This document shows, in pieces, positions 8,245 through 16,795 of a DNA stretch of 43,188 nt. The position numbers were made by a program, and so were the translations under genes. The notes below the pieces were generated by a model that saw only the letters and a program-made list of their open reading frames with translations, had not been told where the DNA came from and made no database searches. Every line of letters begins with the position of its first letter. The first letter of the stretch is position 1. This DNA is from a virus, in the IMG/VR virus record IMGVR_UViG_3300031772_000075, one strand, 5' to 3'.

Positions 8245-8713
8245 CGAGTACGAGCTCACCCTGAAGACCGGGGAGCACATAGAAGTGTCCGAGTTCGCGT
8301 TCGAACGGATCCCGTCGCTCGCGCCGATCGCCGACCTCATCCCTTTCGCGGACGTCCTTCGAGGCTGCGCCGTCCTCTCGCGCGAGAGCGTCGAGGCGGC
8401 GAAGATGGGGCACGACCTGGAGCTCCGGAAGACGGTTAGGGACCCGCTCGCCGGGCTCCTGAAGGTCCTCCGGCCGGAGTGCGTCCACATCGGGGACTGC
8501 ATCATGGCCGACCGCCGGGTTTGCACGTCCAAGAACGTCACGGGGAAGCGCCGGATTCCGCCCTGCTGGGAGCACGCCTCCGAGGGGGAGCTTCAGCAGG
8601 TCGCCACCGCGGCCGTCCTGGCCTGGGCGGCCGGGCGGAGGGTCATAATCGTCGTTCCCGACCCTCAAGCTCTTCAAGCAGCTCTGTCATCAGCCGCTCC
8701 GCGCGCGGGCTGA
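8231..8713 (+). CDS. hypothetical protein (160 aa)
   Basis: ATG at 8231 overlapping the preceding gene's end. The C-terminal ~70 nt overlaps the convergent DnaJ gene, so the true end is uncertain. Confidence 0.4.
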   Translation: MILPDEYELTLKTGEHIEVSEFAFERIPSLAPIADLIPFADVLRGCAVLSRESVEAAKMGHDLELRKTVRDPLAGLLKVLRPECVHIGDCIMADRRVCTSKNVTGKRRIPPCWEHASEGELQQVATAAVLAWAAGRRVIIVVPDPQALQAALSSAAPRAG

Positions 8714-9713
8714 CGTCCTTCGACGCCCTCATCTTGAAAACGACCGTCAGGTCCCCGTCCTGCCCTGACGGGTTCTTCCACGCGCCCGGGGCGCACGACT
8801 GGCCTCCTCCAGGCGGGACTCTGACCGGGACCGCCCGGCCGTCCGGCATCCGGACGACCGTCTCCCCTCCCTTCACCATCTCCCTCACCCCTATCTCGGC
8901 CGTCGTGAACAGGGCATCGCCGCGAGCCCACCAGTTCTCGGAGTCCCGGACCTCGACCGACAGGATGAGGTCCCCGGGAGGGGATCCGACCTTCCCGAGC
9001 CCCTTCACCTTCATGTCCTGCCCGTTGCGGAGCCCCTTCGGGATCGTGACCGTTATCTCTCGCTGAACGGACTCGCTCCCGCTACCGTGGCACTCGGCGC
9101 ACTTGTTCACCTGCACGCTCCCGGAGCCACCGCACTGCCGGCACTGCCGCACGGCCGGGTTTCCTGCCACCATGTCCACGACCCGCCCGTTCCCGCTGCA
9201 CGTCGGACAGACCGCGCGCGTCGCGCGGGTGGAGCCGCACTTTCGGCACGGGCGGGTGTCTCCCCGGTCGAACCGGACGACCTTCTTCGTCCCGGTCAGG
9301 GCCTCCTCCATCGGGATGGTGACCGTGATGTGGACGTCGGCCCCCTCCGCTGGGACTGGCTTCGCCTTCCGGGCGAAGTCGGCCACGTTCCCTCCGTGGA
9401 ACGGCCCGAACGGGTCGAAGTGCTGGTTGAAGACGGAGTTCAGGTCTTCCATCGTCACCCTGAAGTTGTGACGGCCCGGCCGAGGGGGCGGGCGCGGGGG
9501 AGGAGACGCGTCCTCGTGTCCGAACATGTCGAACCGGGCCTTCTTCCCCTCGTCGGTCAGGACTTGGTGGGCGGTGTTCACCTCCTTGAACTTTGACGCG
9601 TCTCCTCCCCTGTCCGGATGGTGCTCGGCCGCGAGCTTCCGGAACGCCTTCTTGATATCGTCCTGCGAGGCCGTCCTCGGGACGCCAAGGACTGAGTAAT
9701 GGTCTTGGCTCAA
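8643..9713 (-). CDS. dnaJ: DnaJ-like chaperone (J domain, Cys-rich CxxCxGxG repeats and C-terminal domain)
   Basis: N-terminal J domain with HPD (YSVLGV...AAEHHPDRGGD). Four CxxC zinc-finger repeats (CRKCGSTRA..CPTCSGNG..CRQCGGSG..CAECHGSG). TTG start with AAGGAAG 5 nt upstream. Confidence 0.85.
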   Translation of the reverse strand: MSQDHYSVLGVPRTASQDDIKKAFRKLAAEHHPDRGGDASKFKEVNTAHQVLTDEGKKARFDMFGHEDASPPPRPPPRPGRHNFRVTMEDLNSVFNQHFDPFGPFHGGNVADFARKAKPVPAEGADVHITVTIPMEEALTGTKKVVRFDRGDTRPCRKCGSTRATRAVCPTCSGNGRVVDMVAGNPAVRQCRQCGGSGSVQVNKCAECHGSGSESVQREITVTIPKGLRNGQDMKVKGLGKVGSPPGDLILSVEVRDSENWWARGDALFTTAEIGVREMVKGGETVVRMPDGRAVPVRVPPGGGQSCAPGAWKNPSGQDGDLTVVFKMRASKDVSPRAERLMTELLEELEGRERRL

Positions 9714-9760
9714 CTTGGCTTCCTTGGTCCTACACGGTACATCCGCTGTAAGGTCTTGCC

Positions 9761-12730
9761 ATGCTCCTGCAGCAGCTCGACGACAAGGTGGACACGCATC
9801 GCGACTGGATGCAGAGCTATAAGTTCCACCTCGTCACGACGATCGACAAGCTGCGGAAGCTCGTGGACCTCTGTATTTCGCGGAAGAGCTGCTCGCTCGA
9901 CCTGGAGACCACCGGGCTGGACAACCGGGTCTACCAGGACGAGTTCTTCGGGGACGGGAAGAAGACAGTCTGGGGGATGAGGACGGTCGACAAGATCGCC
10001 GGCGTGTGCATCTCCTTCGACGGCTATAACGGGTACTACGTCCCCTTCGGCCACTACCCGGAGGACTCGGGGAACGTGCCGTGGGACGAGGGGTGGGCCG
10101 AGATCACGCGGCTCGTCAACAACTGCAGGATCATCTTCCACGGGTCCAAGTTCGACTGCGAGTTCCTTTACCCCGTCACCGGGAAGGACCATTGGAAGCT
10201 GGACGAGTATGAGGACACGTACCTCATGTCCAAGGTCATCTCGCCCCTGAAGCAGAGCCCGAACGGCCTGAAGCAGCTGTCCAAGATCCACTTCAACGTG
10301 GAGATGCTTGAGCTCTCCGACCTCTTCACTCCCGAGAAGATGGAGCAGATGAAGAGGGACAAGCAGGGCTACAACTTCGCCGTCCTGCACCCGAAGGAGG
10401 GCCTTGAATATGGCTGCTCCGACGGCATCTTCACCTACAAGCTGAAGGACACGCTCCATCCGAGGCTCTCCGAGGCGGATCAGCGGATATATGACCTGGA
10501 GAAGTCGTTCTGCAACGTCATCCGAGAGCTGGAGCGCAACCGGGTCCACGTCGACGTGGACCGGGTCGAGCACCTTCGGACCGAGTGCACCGCCGAGATG
10601 CAGAAGGTCGGGGACGCCATCCGCGAGGTCATCGAGGCCAAGACGGGCAAGACGGGGCGCTGGATCACCCTGAACGTCGGAGCCGTCCAGCAGCTGTCGG
10701 AGGCCCTCATCACCGACTCCGAGGGCATGCGCTTGAAGCCCACGCCGGAGATGATCGCCGCTGAGGGCGAGGGTGAGCACGGCGGCGGCGGAGGCGGAGG
10801 CGAATCGGAAGAGGGTGAGGACGGCGGCGGCGAGGACGAAAAGCAGTACAGCCTCAAGGACGAGGCTCTGAAGTCCATGCACAAGGTCTATGGAGCGAAG
10901 TTCTCGGTGGAGCGCGAGGGTGTCCTCGACAAGGACGGTGGCCCGAAGCGCGAGAGCATATTCGAGCTCATCCTGGAGTGGCGGCATTACCAGAAGATGC
11001 TCGGCTCGTACCTGAACCCGCTTTCGAAGGCCGTCGACAAGTACGGGGACGTCCGCCCGAACTTCAGCCAGATAGGCACTGACACGACGCGGCTCTCGTC
11101 CAAGGCCGGAAAGATCGCGGACGGCTACTCGGGCATCAACTTCCAGGGCATCCCGCGCGACTCGGACGAGGACAAGCCGGACCTGTTCAAGCAGCTCCGG
11201 ACATGCATCATCCCGCGCCCAGGCTGGATGCTCGTGAAGCTCGACTATGCGGGCGAGGAGCTCCGCGTTGTCACGAACCTCTCGGGTGACCCTATCTGGA
11301 CTAAGTCCTTCCTCTATGAGGACGGGGACGTTCACAGCATCACCGCGCGCACGCTCTTCGGCAAGAAGGACGTCAACAAGGACGAGCGCAACCGTGGTAA
11401 GCGCTGCAACTTCGCGTTCATCTACGGCGGCGGGGCCGGCGCCATTCAGCGCAACGTCGGCTGCTCCATCGAGGAGGCCTCCAAGCACATGGAGAACCTC
11501 CGGAACGACGTCCCGGTCCTCATGGGGTACGTCGAGTTCCAGAAGAAGTATGCCCACAAGCACAAGTGCATCTACACGGCGTTCGGCCGCCGCATCCCTA
11601 TTCCGACGATTGACTCGCCGATCCGCGGCATTCGGTCGAAGGCCGAGCGCTGCGCCATCAACTACACCATTCAGGCGACGTCTGCGGACGTCCTGAAGTT
11701 CGCCATGTGCTACGTGGACAAGCAGCTCCGCAAGCTTGGGTGGAAGGACCGCTGCCGCTACGTCCTGACCGTGCACGACGAGGTCGTGTACGAGATCAAG
11801 CCCGAGTACGTCCAGGAGATTGTCCGCAAGCTCGACGAGTGGATGACCGAGCCGTGGCGGCTCCCGAAGGCCCACGGGCGCCCGTGGGACGTTCCGCTCT
11901 TGACCGAGCCGGGTGTCGACTACAACTGGAAGGCTCGGTATGACTACTTCGCGATGGTCGACGGGGCGGCCGTGTCCAAGAAGGACATCGCCGAGGACGG
12001 GACGTACAAGGGCAAGCTGAAGAAGGACCAATACTTCGCGGACGGTCGCGTGTACCAGAAGGTCCCGGACTTCCTGGAGAACTGGATAAAGAGGATCCCC
12101 GTGACTTCTGAACCAAGGTCGGAGAGGTCCGAGGAGCAGGCCCCCGTGGAGCCTCCGCCCGAGCCCGCGCCCGAATCCGTGAAGGCTTCCCCGCCGGAGC
12201 CCCCGCCAGTCCCGTCGGAGCCAGTCCCGTCGTCCCCTGACGTTGACCTGAAGCCGGAGCCCGCCCCGGAGCCCGCGGAACAGGAAGCACCTGTCCCGAG
12301 GACCGCAGGCGTCCACTCGTTCTCCATGGACGACTTCGACGTTCCCATGCCGACCTCGAAAGAGGCGAACGGGACGTCGGGTCCGGCGGTGCCGGCACCG
12401 CCTCAGGTCGAGATAGACCTGTCCATGGACCCGGGCTTCGGCTCTCAGGAGCCCCGGTCAGAGGCCCACTCCAGGCCAGAGCCCGCCAGCAAGCCGGAGA
12501 GGAAGCTCAAGGTCGTCCCGGACGACGTTGCGGTCGTCCGCTGGGTGATGCGTGCCGAAATGTGCAAGCGAAACCAGAAGAAGCTCCACGCCATATGCGT
12601 CCTCACCGAGGGCGACCGTCCTCTTCGCGTTGTGGACTCGGACGGGAACATCCTTATCGAGGAGGCCTCAGGGATCCTCGTCGACCCCGTCACCTTCCCC
12701 GTCATTGCGAGCCTTTTCGGCCTGGGCTGA
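9761..12730 (+). CDS. polA: family-A DNA polymerase (3'-5' exonuclease plus polymerase; no 5'-3' exonuclease domain) with long Pro-rich C-terminal extension
   Basis: Exo I motif LDLETTGLD near the N-terminus. Pol A motif B (RCAINYTIQATSADVLK) and motif C (VLTVHDEVVYE) are present. There is a Gly/Glu-rich low-complexity insert (EGEHGGGGGGGESEEGEDGGGEDE). About 200 aa after the polymerase core are PEP/PAP-rich, followed by a small C-terminal domain. Confidence 0.9.
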   Translation: MLLQQLDDKVDTHRDWMQSYKFHLVTTIDKLRKLVDLCISRKSCSLDLETTGLDNRVYQDEFFGDGKKTVWGMRTVDKIAGVCISFDGYNGYYVPFGHYPEDSGNVPWDEGWAEITRLVNNCRIIFHGSKFDCEFLYPVTGKDHWKLDEYEDTYLMSKVISPLKQSPNGLKQLSKIHFNVEMLELSDLFTPEKMEQMKRDKQGYNFAVLHPKEGLEYGCSDGIFTYKLKDTLHPRLSEADQRIYDLEKSFCNVIRELERNRVHVDVDRVEHLRTECTAEMQKVGDAIREVIEAKTGKTGRWITLNVGAVQQLSEALITDSEGMRLKPTPEMIAAEGEGEHGGGGGGGESEEGEDGGGEDEKQYSLKDEALKSMHKVYGAKFSVEREGVLDKDGGPKRESIFELILEWRHYQKMLGSYLNPLSKAVDKYGDVRPNFSQIGTDTTRLSSKAGKIADGYSGINFQGIPRDSDEDKPDLFKQLRTCIIPRPGWMLVKLDYAGEELRVVTNLSGDPIWTKSFLYEDGDVHSITARTLFGKKDVNKDERNRGKRCNFAFIYGGGAGAIQRNVGCSIEEASKHMENLRNDVPVLMGYVEFQKKYAHKHKCIYTAFGRRIPIPTIDSPIRGIRSKAERCAINYTIQATSADVLKFAMCYVDKQLRKLGWKDRCRYVLTVHDEVVYEIKPEYVQEIVRKLDEWMTEPWRLPKAHGRPWDVPLLTEPGVDYNWKARYDYFAMVDGAAVSKKDIAEDGTYKGKLKKDQYFADGRVYQKVPDFLENWIKRIPVTSEPRSERSEEQAPVEPPPEPAPESVKASPPEPPPVPSEPVPSSPDVDLKPEPAPEPAEQEAPVPRTAGVHSFSMDDFDVPMPTSKEANGTSGPAVPAPPQVEIDLSMDPGFGSQEPRSEAHSRPEPASKPERKLKVVPDDVAVVRWVMRAEMCKRNQKKLHAICVLTEGDRPLRVVDSDGNILIEEASGILVDPVTFPVIASLFGLG

Positions 12731-12949
12731 CGCGTCCCGGAACCTCCGGGCGGACTCCGTGTACCCCGAGCACGCCGCCGTCAGGACTGCGATGTTGTGG
12801 AGGGTTATGGCCCGCATGTCCGGGTCCATAGGGCGGTCCAGGAGGGACCTCTCCCTCGCCACGAGGTCCTCAAGCGTCTCGCATATCTGAACGGGTCCGA
12901 TGCCCTCCGCTATCAGCAGGGCCTCCCTCTTCTCGTCCTCCGTCATCGG
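12668..12949 (-). CDS. possible small protein (93 aa) in the 250-bp gap between polA and dcd
   Basis: ATG start, gene-like codon usage (high GC3, Glu/Asp/Leu codons). It is an internal start of a longer antisense ORF (12668-13696) whose upstream part is rejected. The C-terminus overlaps the polA 3' end. Confidence 0.3.
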   Translation of the reverse strand, partial: PMTEDEKREALLIAEGIGPVQICETLEDLVARERSLLDRPMDPDMRAITLHNIAVLTAACSGYTESARRFRDASAQAEKARNDGEGDGVDEDP

Positions 12950-12982
12950 CATTTCCGACGGTACTCGCTGTACGGTCGCCCA

Positions 12983-13663
12983 ATGGTGAACGGCGGCATT
13001 CTGTCGGGGTCCGAAATCAGGGCGGCGGTCGAGAGGGAGGACATTGTCATCTCGCCGTACGACCCGGAGAGGTTCAACCCCGCGTCGTATGACCTGGCTC
13101 TCGGAAGGCATGTCGCGGTCTACCGCGCCCTCGTCCAGGCTGGGAGCGCTGACGACTGGGACTGCGACGGCATGCGCGAGGACGGAACGTTCGGCGTCCC
13201 CGGCGAGCGCCTGCGCCCGAAATACGCGCCGGGGGAAAAGATAGCGGCGAAGGCCGGGCAGAACTGTCTGGACGCCGCCAGGGAAAACCGGGTCGCCCGC
13301 TACGAGATGGACGACCGCGGCCTGGTTCTTCTTCCTGGGGTTGGGTACCTCATGCACACCGAGGAGCGAATCAAAACGGAGCGATACGTCCCCATCATCG
13401 ACGGCAAGTCGTCCATAGGGCGCCTCTTCTGCTTCGTCCACGTCACCGCCGGCTACGGGGACCCAGGGTTCGACGGCCAGTACACGCTTGAGGTGGCGGT
13501 CCTCCACCCGCTCATCGTCTACCCTGGGATGCGCTTTTGCCAGATGCGCTTCCACACGCTCGTCGGCGAGTTCAAGAGCTATCAGGACAGCGGCAACTAC
13601 AAGGGGGACCTGGCTAAGGGTCCCATTCCTTCGCAGTCGTGGAAGATGTTCACCAAGGCATGA
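12983..13663 (+). CDS. dcd: dCTP deaminase (dUTPase-superfamily, Dcd-like)
   Basis: N-terminus MVNGGILSGSEIRAAVEREDIVISPYDPERFNPASYDLALG. Core IDGKSSIGRLFCFVHVTAGYGDPGFDGQYTLEV matches Dcd (..SSLARLGL..H.TAGFIDPGF.G..TLE.). ATG at 12983; the tabulated upstream extension from 12797 has no support. Confidence 0.8.
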   Translation: MVNGGILSGSEIRAAVEREDIVISPYDPERFNPASYDLALGRHVAVYRALVQAGSADDWDCDGMREDGTFGVPGERLRPKYAPGEKIAAKAGQNCLDAARENRVARYEMDDRGLVLLPGVGYLMHTEERIKTERYVPIIDGKSSIGRLFCFVHVTAGYGDPGFDGQYTLEVAVLHPLIVYPGMRFCQMRFHTLVGEFKSYQDSGNYKGDLAKGPIPSQSWKMFTKA

Positions 13664-14226
13664 CGCGGAAGGAGCCCGAGCCCGTCGACGCGTCACAGTT
13701 CTTCGAATACGGGAAGGTCGTGCTTGAGGACACGGACCCGGTGGGCCGGACGGCCTCCATCAGAATGCAGATGCCGAACTGCCTGTTCCAGGCCGTCACG
13801 CCGTCGCTCCTGGGCGCGGGCTTCATAGACGAGTTCAAGGTGGCGGAGCCCCTGGCCGTGTGGATACCCCAGGTGACGCCGGAGCGCCTTTCGTTCATGG
13901 GGAAGCAGCTCGACCAGGCCGACGTGAGGATCAACACCGCCATCGCGCACCAGATGGGCGTCGTCGCCCAGACGTTCGCCAAGGTCGCCCAGCTCTTGAC
14001 GAACCCTGCGGACCTTATCCCGATGCTCCCGCTCGGGACGTACGTGTCCCTCCGATTCCGCTGCCGCATCGACGACGTCCCGAAGGTCCTGTTCGGCGTT
14101 CAGGAGACCGCCGTCGTCGGCGTCCCCGAGTTCCAGTGGGCGCTCGCGTGCGTGCTGGCTCAGGCCCTCATGGAGTCGGAGCGCTGGCCTCATCGGCCTC
14201 TGATCGGGCCGGTACCAGCGCTTTGA
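13660..14226 (+). CDS. hypothetical protein (188 aa), coupled to dcd
   Basis: ATG at 13660 overlaps the dcd stop (ATGA). No recognisable motif. Confidence 0.45.
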   Translation: MTRKEPEPVDASQFFEYGKVVLEDTDPVGRTASIRMQMPNCLFQAVTPSLLGAGFIDEFKVAEPLAVWIPQVTPERLSFMGKQLDQADVRINTAIAHQMGVVAQTFAKVAQLLTNPADLIPMLPLGTYVSLRFRCRIDDVPKVLFGVQETAVVGVPEFQWALACVLAQALMESERWPHRPLIGPVPAL

Positions 14227-15022
14227 CCTCGTACCACCGGATCTTGGAGTTCGACTTTCTCTCCAGGCCGACGATCTCGCAGGCCTTGTGCCCCATGTCG
14301 GCTATCTTCCTGGCGATGAGCGCTCCGAAGACCGCGTGACGGTGAAACCCGGTGTTCGGCGACTGGAGGACTCCGTCGTAGTGCTCGTGGCCGACCTCGA
14401 CGACGATCTCGTCTGACGGGCCCTGGAAGGCGCTGGCGACGTTGGCCGCCTCCAGGTGCTCGCGCGCAGTCCGGACGATCGAGTCCGGGTCCTTCAGGTG
14501 GGCGTACGCCTGGTCGTACTTCCCCTTGGACTGCTGAAGGGCCTTGTTGGTCCGCTCCTGCTCCTGGCGGGCGAGGCCTAGCGCCGAGGCGAAGCCGGGG
14601 TTGACGACCTGCTTCCCCTTGACCAGCTGGCCGGCCTCGTTCACGAAGTCCGGCGTCGTGTACACCATGTCCTTGGTGAGCGGTGCGACGGCCTTCCCCG
14701 TGCTCTCGTCGACGAGGTAGCGAGAGTGTCCGGCGACCTGCATCTGCTCCAGCTCTGCGAGCAGGTGGTCCAGGGCCTTCTCGAAGGACTCCTTGCCGCC
14801 CGGGGCGAACTCCGTGAACTTGTTGAAGTGGAGTATGCCCTGTTTGCGCTCCTCCCGTGTGTGAGCGGTCAGACACTCCCGGATTTCCGGGCTGTGCTGG
14901 AACTGGTCGCGAAGGACGCCGAGGTTCCTCCGCAGATTCCGCTCTTCCTCCTCCGGGAGGGGGCCGAGGGTCATCTCCTCGGACTGGAGGAGGGCGAGCC
15001 CCTTATTCGTCTCCGAAGACAT
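14168..15022 (-). CDS. hypothetical protein (284 aa)
   Basis: ATG (MSSETNKG...) preceded by GGAGGG. The tabulated TTG start 12 nt upstream is less likely. Protein-like composition; His-rich segment VEVGHEHYDGVL...GFHRHAVFG. Confidence 0.5.
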   Translation of the reverse strand: MSSETNKGLALLQSEEMTLGPLPEEEERNLRRNLGVLRDQFQHSPEIRECLTAHTREERKQGILHFNKFTEFAPGGKESFEKALDHLLAELEQMQVAGHSRYLVDESTGKAVAPLTKDMVYTTPDFVNEAGQLVKGKQVVNPGFASALGLARQEQERTNKALQQSKGKYDQAYAHLKDPDSIVRTAREHLEAANVASAFQGPSDEIVVEVGHEHYDGVLQSPNTGFHRHAVFGALIARKIADMGHKACEIVGLERKSNSKIRWYEVKALVPARSEADEASAPTP

Positions 15023-15611
15023 ATGACCCTCCAACCTCTACCGTCTTCTCATTGGAGCCGCCGGGGAGGACGGTTCCTTGCTCGAACGGCGTGTTCTGGG
15101 GTGGTGCGTCAACCCTTCTAGGCTCCGGGGCCGAGGGTGCTGCCTGAGCGGGCTCTTCCAGCTCCGGAGGGGCCTGAACGGGGGCCGGAGGGGGAGGAGG
15201 GGCCTGAACGGGGGCCGGAGGGGGAGGGGCCGCGAAGACGGGCGGAGGTGGACCCAAGGTCGGGGCTTCAGGGGTGTTCTTCCTAAGGGCCTCCGGCATC
15301 TCGTGGGTCTGGACCTCGTAGTTCACCCCGTTGTTCCGTAGCTCGACGACCTCGTGCGTCGTCTGAAGGAACTTTTTCGCCCGGATGGACTGATACTTCG
15401 GGTCGTTCTCCTCGGCCCGCGGAGGGTTGTCGAACAGGTTCGTCTTCCATGTGACGGCCCTCCTCGCCAGGAGGGAGCTGTTCAGCCCTGCCCGGGCGCA
15501 CTCCTTCTGGACGCACCTGACGCAGTACGCCTTGCAGAACTCGTCGATGGGGACCTGGCTCTGGACGAGGGCCGGGTCTGACATGCACTCTCGAAGGAAG
15601 TCCTGGGCCAT
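15003..15611 (-). CDS. proline-rich protein with tandemly repeated PPPPAPVQAP segment
   Basis: ATG (MAQDFLRE...) with GGAGA 5 nt upstream. The C-terminal third is a Pro-rich linker encoded by a 2x 30-bp DNA tandem repeat. Confidence 0.45.
   Translation of the reverse strand: MAQDFLRECMSDPALVQSQVPIDEFCKAYCVRCVQKECARAGLNSSLLARRAVTWKTNLFDNPPRAEENDPKYQSIRAKKFLQTTHEVVELRNNGVNYEVQTHEMPEALRKNTPEAPTLGPPPPVFAAPPPPAPVQAPPPPPAPVQAPPELEEPAQAAPSAPEPRRVDAPPQNTPFEQGTVLPGGSNEKTVEVGGSYVFGDE
15171..15230. repeat. 2 x 30-bp direct tandem repeat inside the proline-rich CDS
   Basis: ggcctgaacgggggccggagggggaggagg / ggcctgaacgggggccggagggggaggggc (28/30 identical). Confidence 0.8.
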
Positions 15612-15742
15612 GGCGTCTCCGACATACGGTACGCTCGGAATTGCTTGCAACAATCGGCATTAGCGTGCTAAACTGCACAGTATATCCTTTGGGGGGTATA
15701 CTGCGCGAGCGCGTCGCCGACAGTTTGACGGGAGAGGTGGCA
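15612..15742. promoter_or_regulatory. divergent intergenic region with candidate sigma-70-like promoter elements
   Basis: 131-bp AT-richer gap between divergent genes. On the + strand: TTGCAA, 17 bp, then extended -10-like TGcTAAACT; also TATACT near 15706. GGAGAGGTGG lies 2 nt before the ATG at 15743. Confidence 0.3.
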
Positions 15743-16435
15743 ATGGAAATCGGAAAGGTGGGCCAGCAGGCCAAGACTATTCGCGTACCCGGCAAGCCTT
15801 TGAAGAGGATCCCGGAAAAGCTGCCCTGGCCGCGGCATTCAAAGGCGGACGTGGACGAGAGCGGGAAGGTCATGCCGTCCGTCCCGCTCGGGATCGACGT
15901 CGTCGCAAAGAAGCTCGACATCACGAAGATCGTGCACAAGTTCTTCCGCGTGGAAGGGTACTCGATGGAGGAGCTCCTACAGGAGGTCTTCGTCGCTATC
16001 ATCCACAAGAACTGCACGCGCTCGGCCCACAATCCGAACAAGAGCTCTTTCGGCCACTATGTCTACATGGTGGCCAACAACGTGTGCGTCAACCTGGTGC
16101 ACAAGAAGCGCCGCTACGATCGTGAGAAGGACTCCATCGACGCGCCCGTGAGCGCCGACGACGCGAGGTCCATCCTCGACACCGTCGAGGACCTGAACGC
16201 CCGGCAGGAGCCCGACGCGTTCACGGAGAAGATGGAGGAGTTCGAGCACGCCCTCCGGATGAAAGGAGAGTGGGACCTGGCCCGCTACATCCGCGCTGTC
16301 CGCTCCGGGGCGAGCGCCGACGTCGTCCGCGAGTCCCTGTCGTTCGGTGAGCGCAAGGTCACCACCAAGACAATCCGCGACTTCAAACAGCGGATTCCGG
16401 CCGCCGTCCGGCTCATCGCAGCGACGCTGAGCTAG
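15743..16435 (+). CDS. ECF-like (sigma-70 family region 2 + region 4) sigma factor
   Basis: EELLQEVFVAIIHK...SSFGHYVYMVANNVCVNLVHKKRR resembles sigma region 2.1-2.2 of ECF sigmas (..F.TWLY.IARN..ID.LR.RRR). A C-terminal HTH-like segment is also present (ESLSFGERKVTTKTIRDFKQRI). ATG with a strong SD; the tabulated TTG start at 15641 was rejected. Confidence 0.6.
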   Translation: MEIGKVGQQAKTIRVPGKPLKRIPEKLPWPRHSKADVDESGKVMPSVPLGIDVVAKKLDITKIVHKFFRVEGYSMEELLQEVFVAIIHKNCTRSAHNPNKSSFGHYVYMVANNVCVNLVHKKRRYDREKDSIDAPVSADDARSILDTVEDLNARQEPDAFTEKMEEFEHALRMKGEWDLARYIRAVRSGASADVVRESLSFGERKVTTKTIRDFKQRIPAAVRLIAATLS

Positions 16436-16791
16436 TGCAGGCTCGGAAGAATATCGTCGTCGGCAAGGGCCTCCACCTCGGACGTGGCGGCCCTCCGTAG
16501 TTCTTCATCCTCGGCATAGTGGTGGACGAGCATGGACGCCTCCCGCCTGACCATGTCGGCGATGGCGCTCTCTTTCGGCCTCTCCGGCATGCTGAGAAGG
16601 CCCTCTCGAAGCCTCGAAAGGGCCATCTCCAGCAGCTGTTTTTCCGTTTCAAGGACGCCCGAGCCGGACGGTCCTATGTTCTGGAGGACGTGCTTTCGCG
16701 CGAGCCTCCGGGCGTAAGTCTTGAGGAGACCTTCCATTCTGACGGAAAGTACAGGTCCGGCCGCCCTACCTCCGGGCCTGTACTTGGTCAA
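16432..16791 (-). CDS. hypothetical protein (101-119 aa; start uncertain: TTG at 16791 or ATG at 16737)
   Basis: Convergent with the sigma gene (4-nt overlap). Protein-like composition; no firm motif. Confidence 0.4.
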   Translation of the reverse strand: MTKYRPGGRAAGPVLSVRMEGLLKTYARRLARKHVLQNIGPSGSGVLETEKQLLEMALSRLREGLLSMPERPKESAIADMVRREASMLVHHYAEDEELRRAATSEVEALADDDILPSLH

Positions 16792-16795
16792 GGTC

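Noticed and set aside
9710-12316. 868-aa minus-strand ORF antisense to the family-A polymerase
   Set aside because: Antisense artefact; polymerase motifs A, B, C and exo motifs are on the + strand.
12739-12753. Hairpin CCCGGAaccTCCGGG just after the polA stop (similar short GC hairpins occur at 31100-31130 and 41490-41510)
   Set aside because: Short stems without a following T-tract, so not convincing intrinsic terminators. Possibly only mRNA-stabilising structures.
12668-13696. 342-aa minus-strand ORF across dcd
   Set aside because: Its portion opposite dcd (12983-13663) was rejected because dcd homology is strong. Only the 3'-terminal 93 codons in the polA-dcd gap are kept, as a low-confidence gene.
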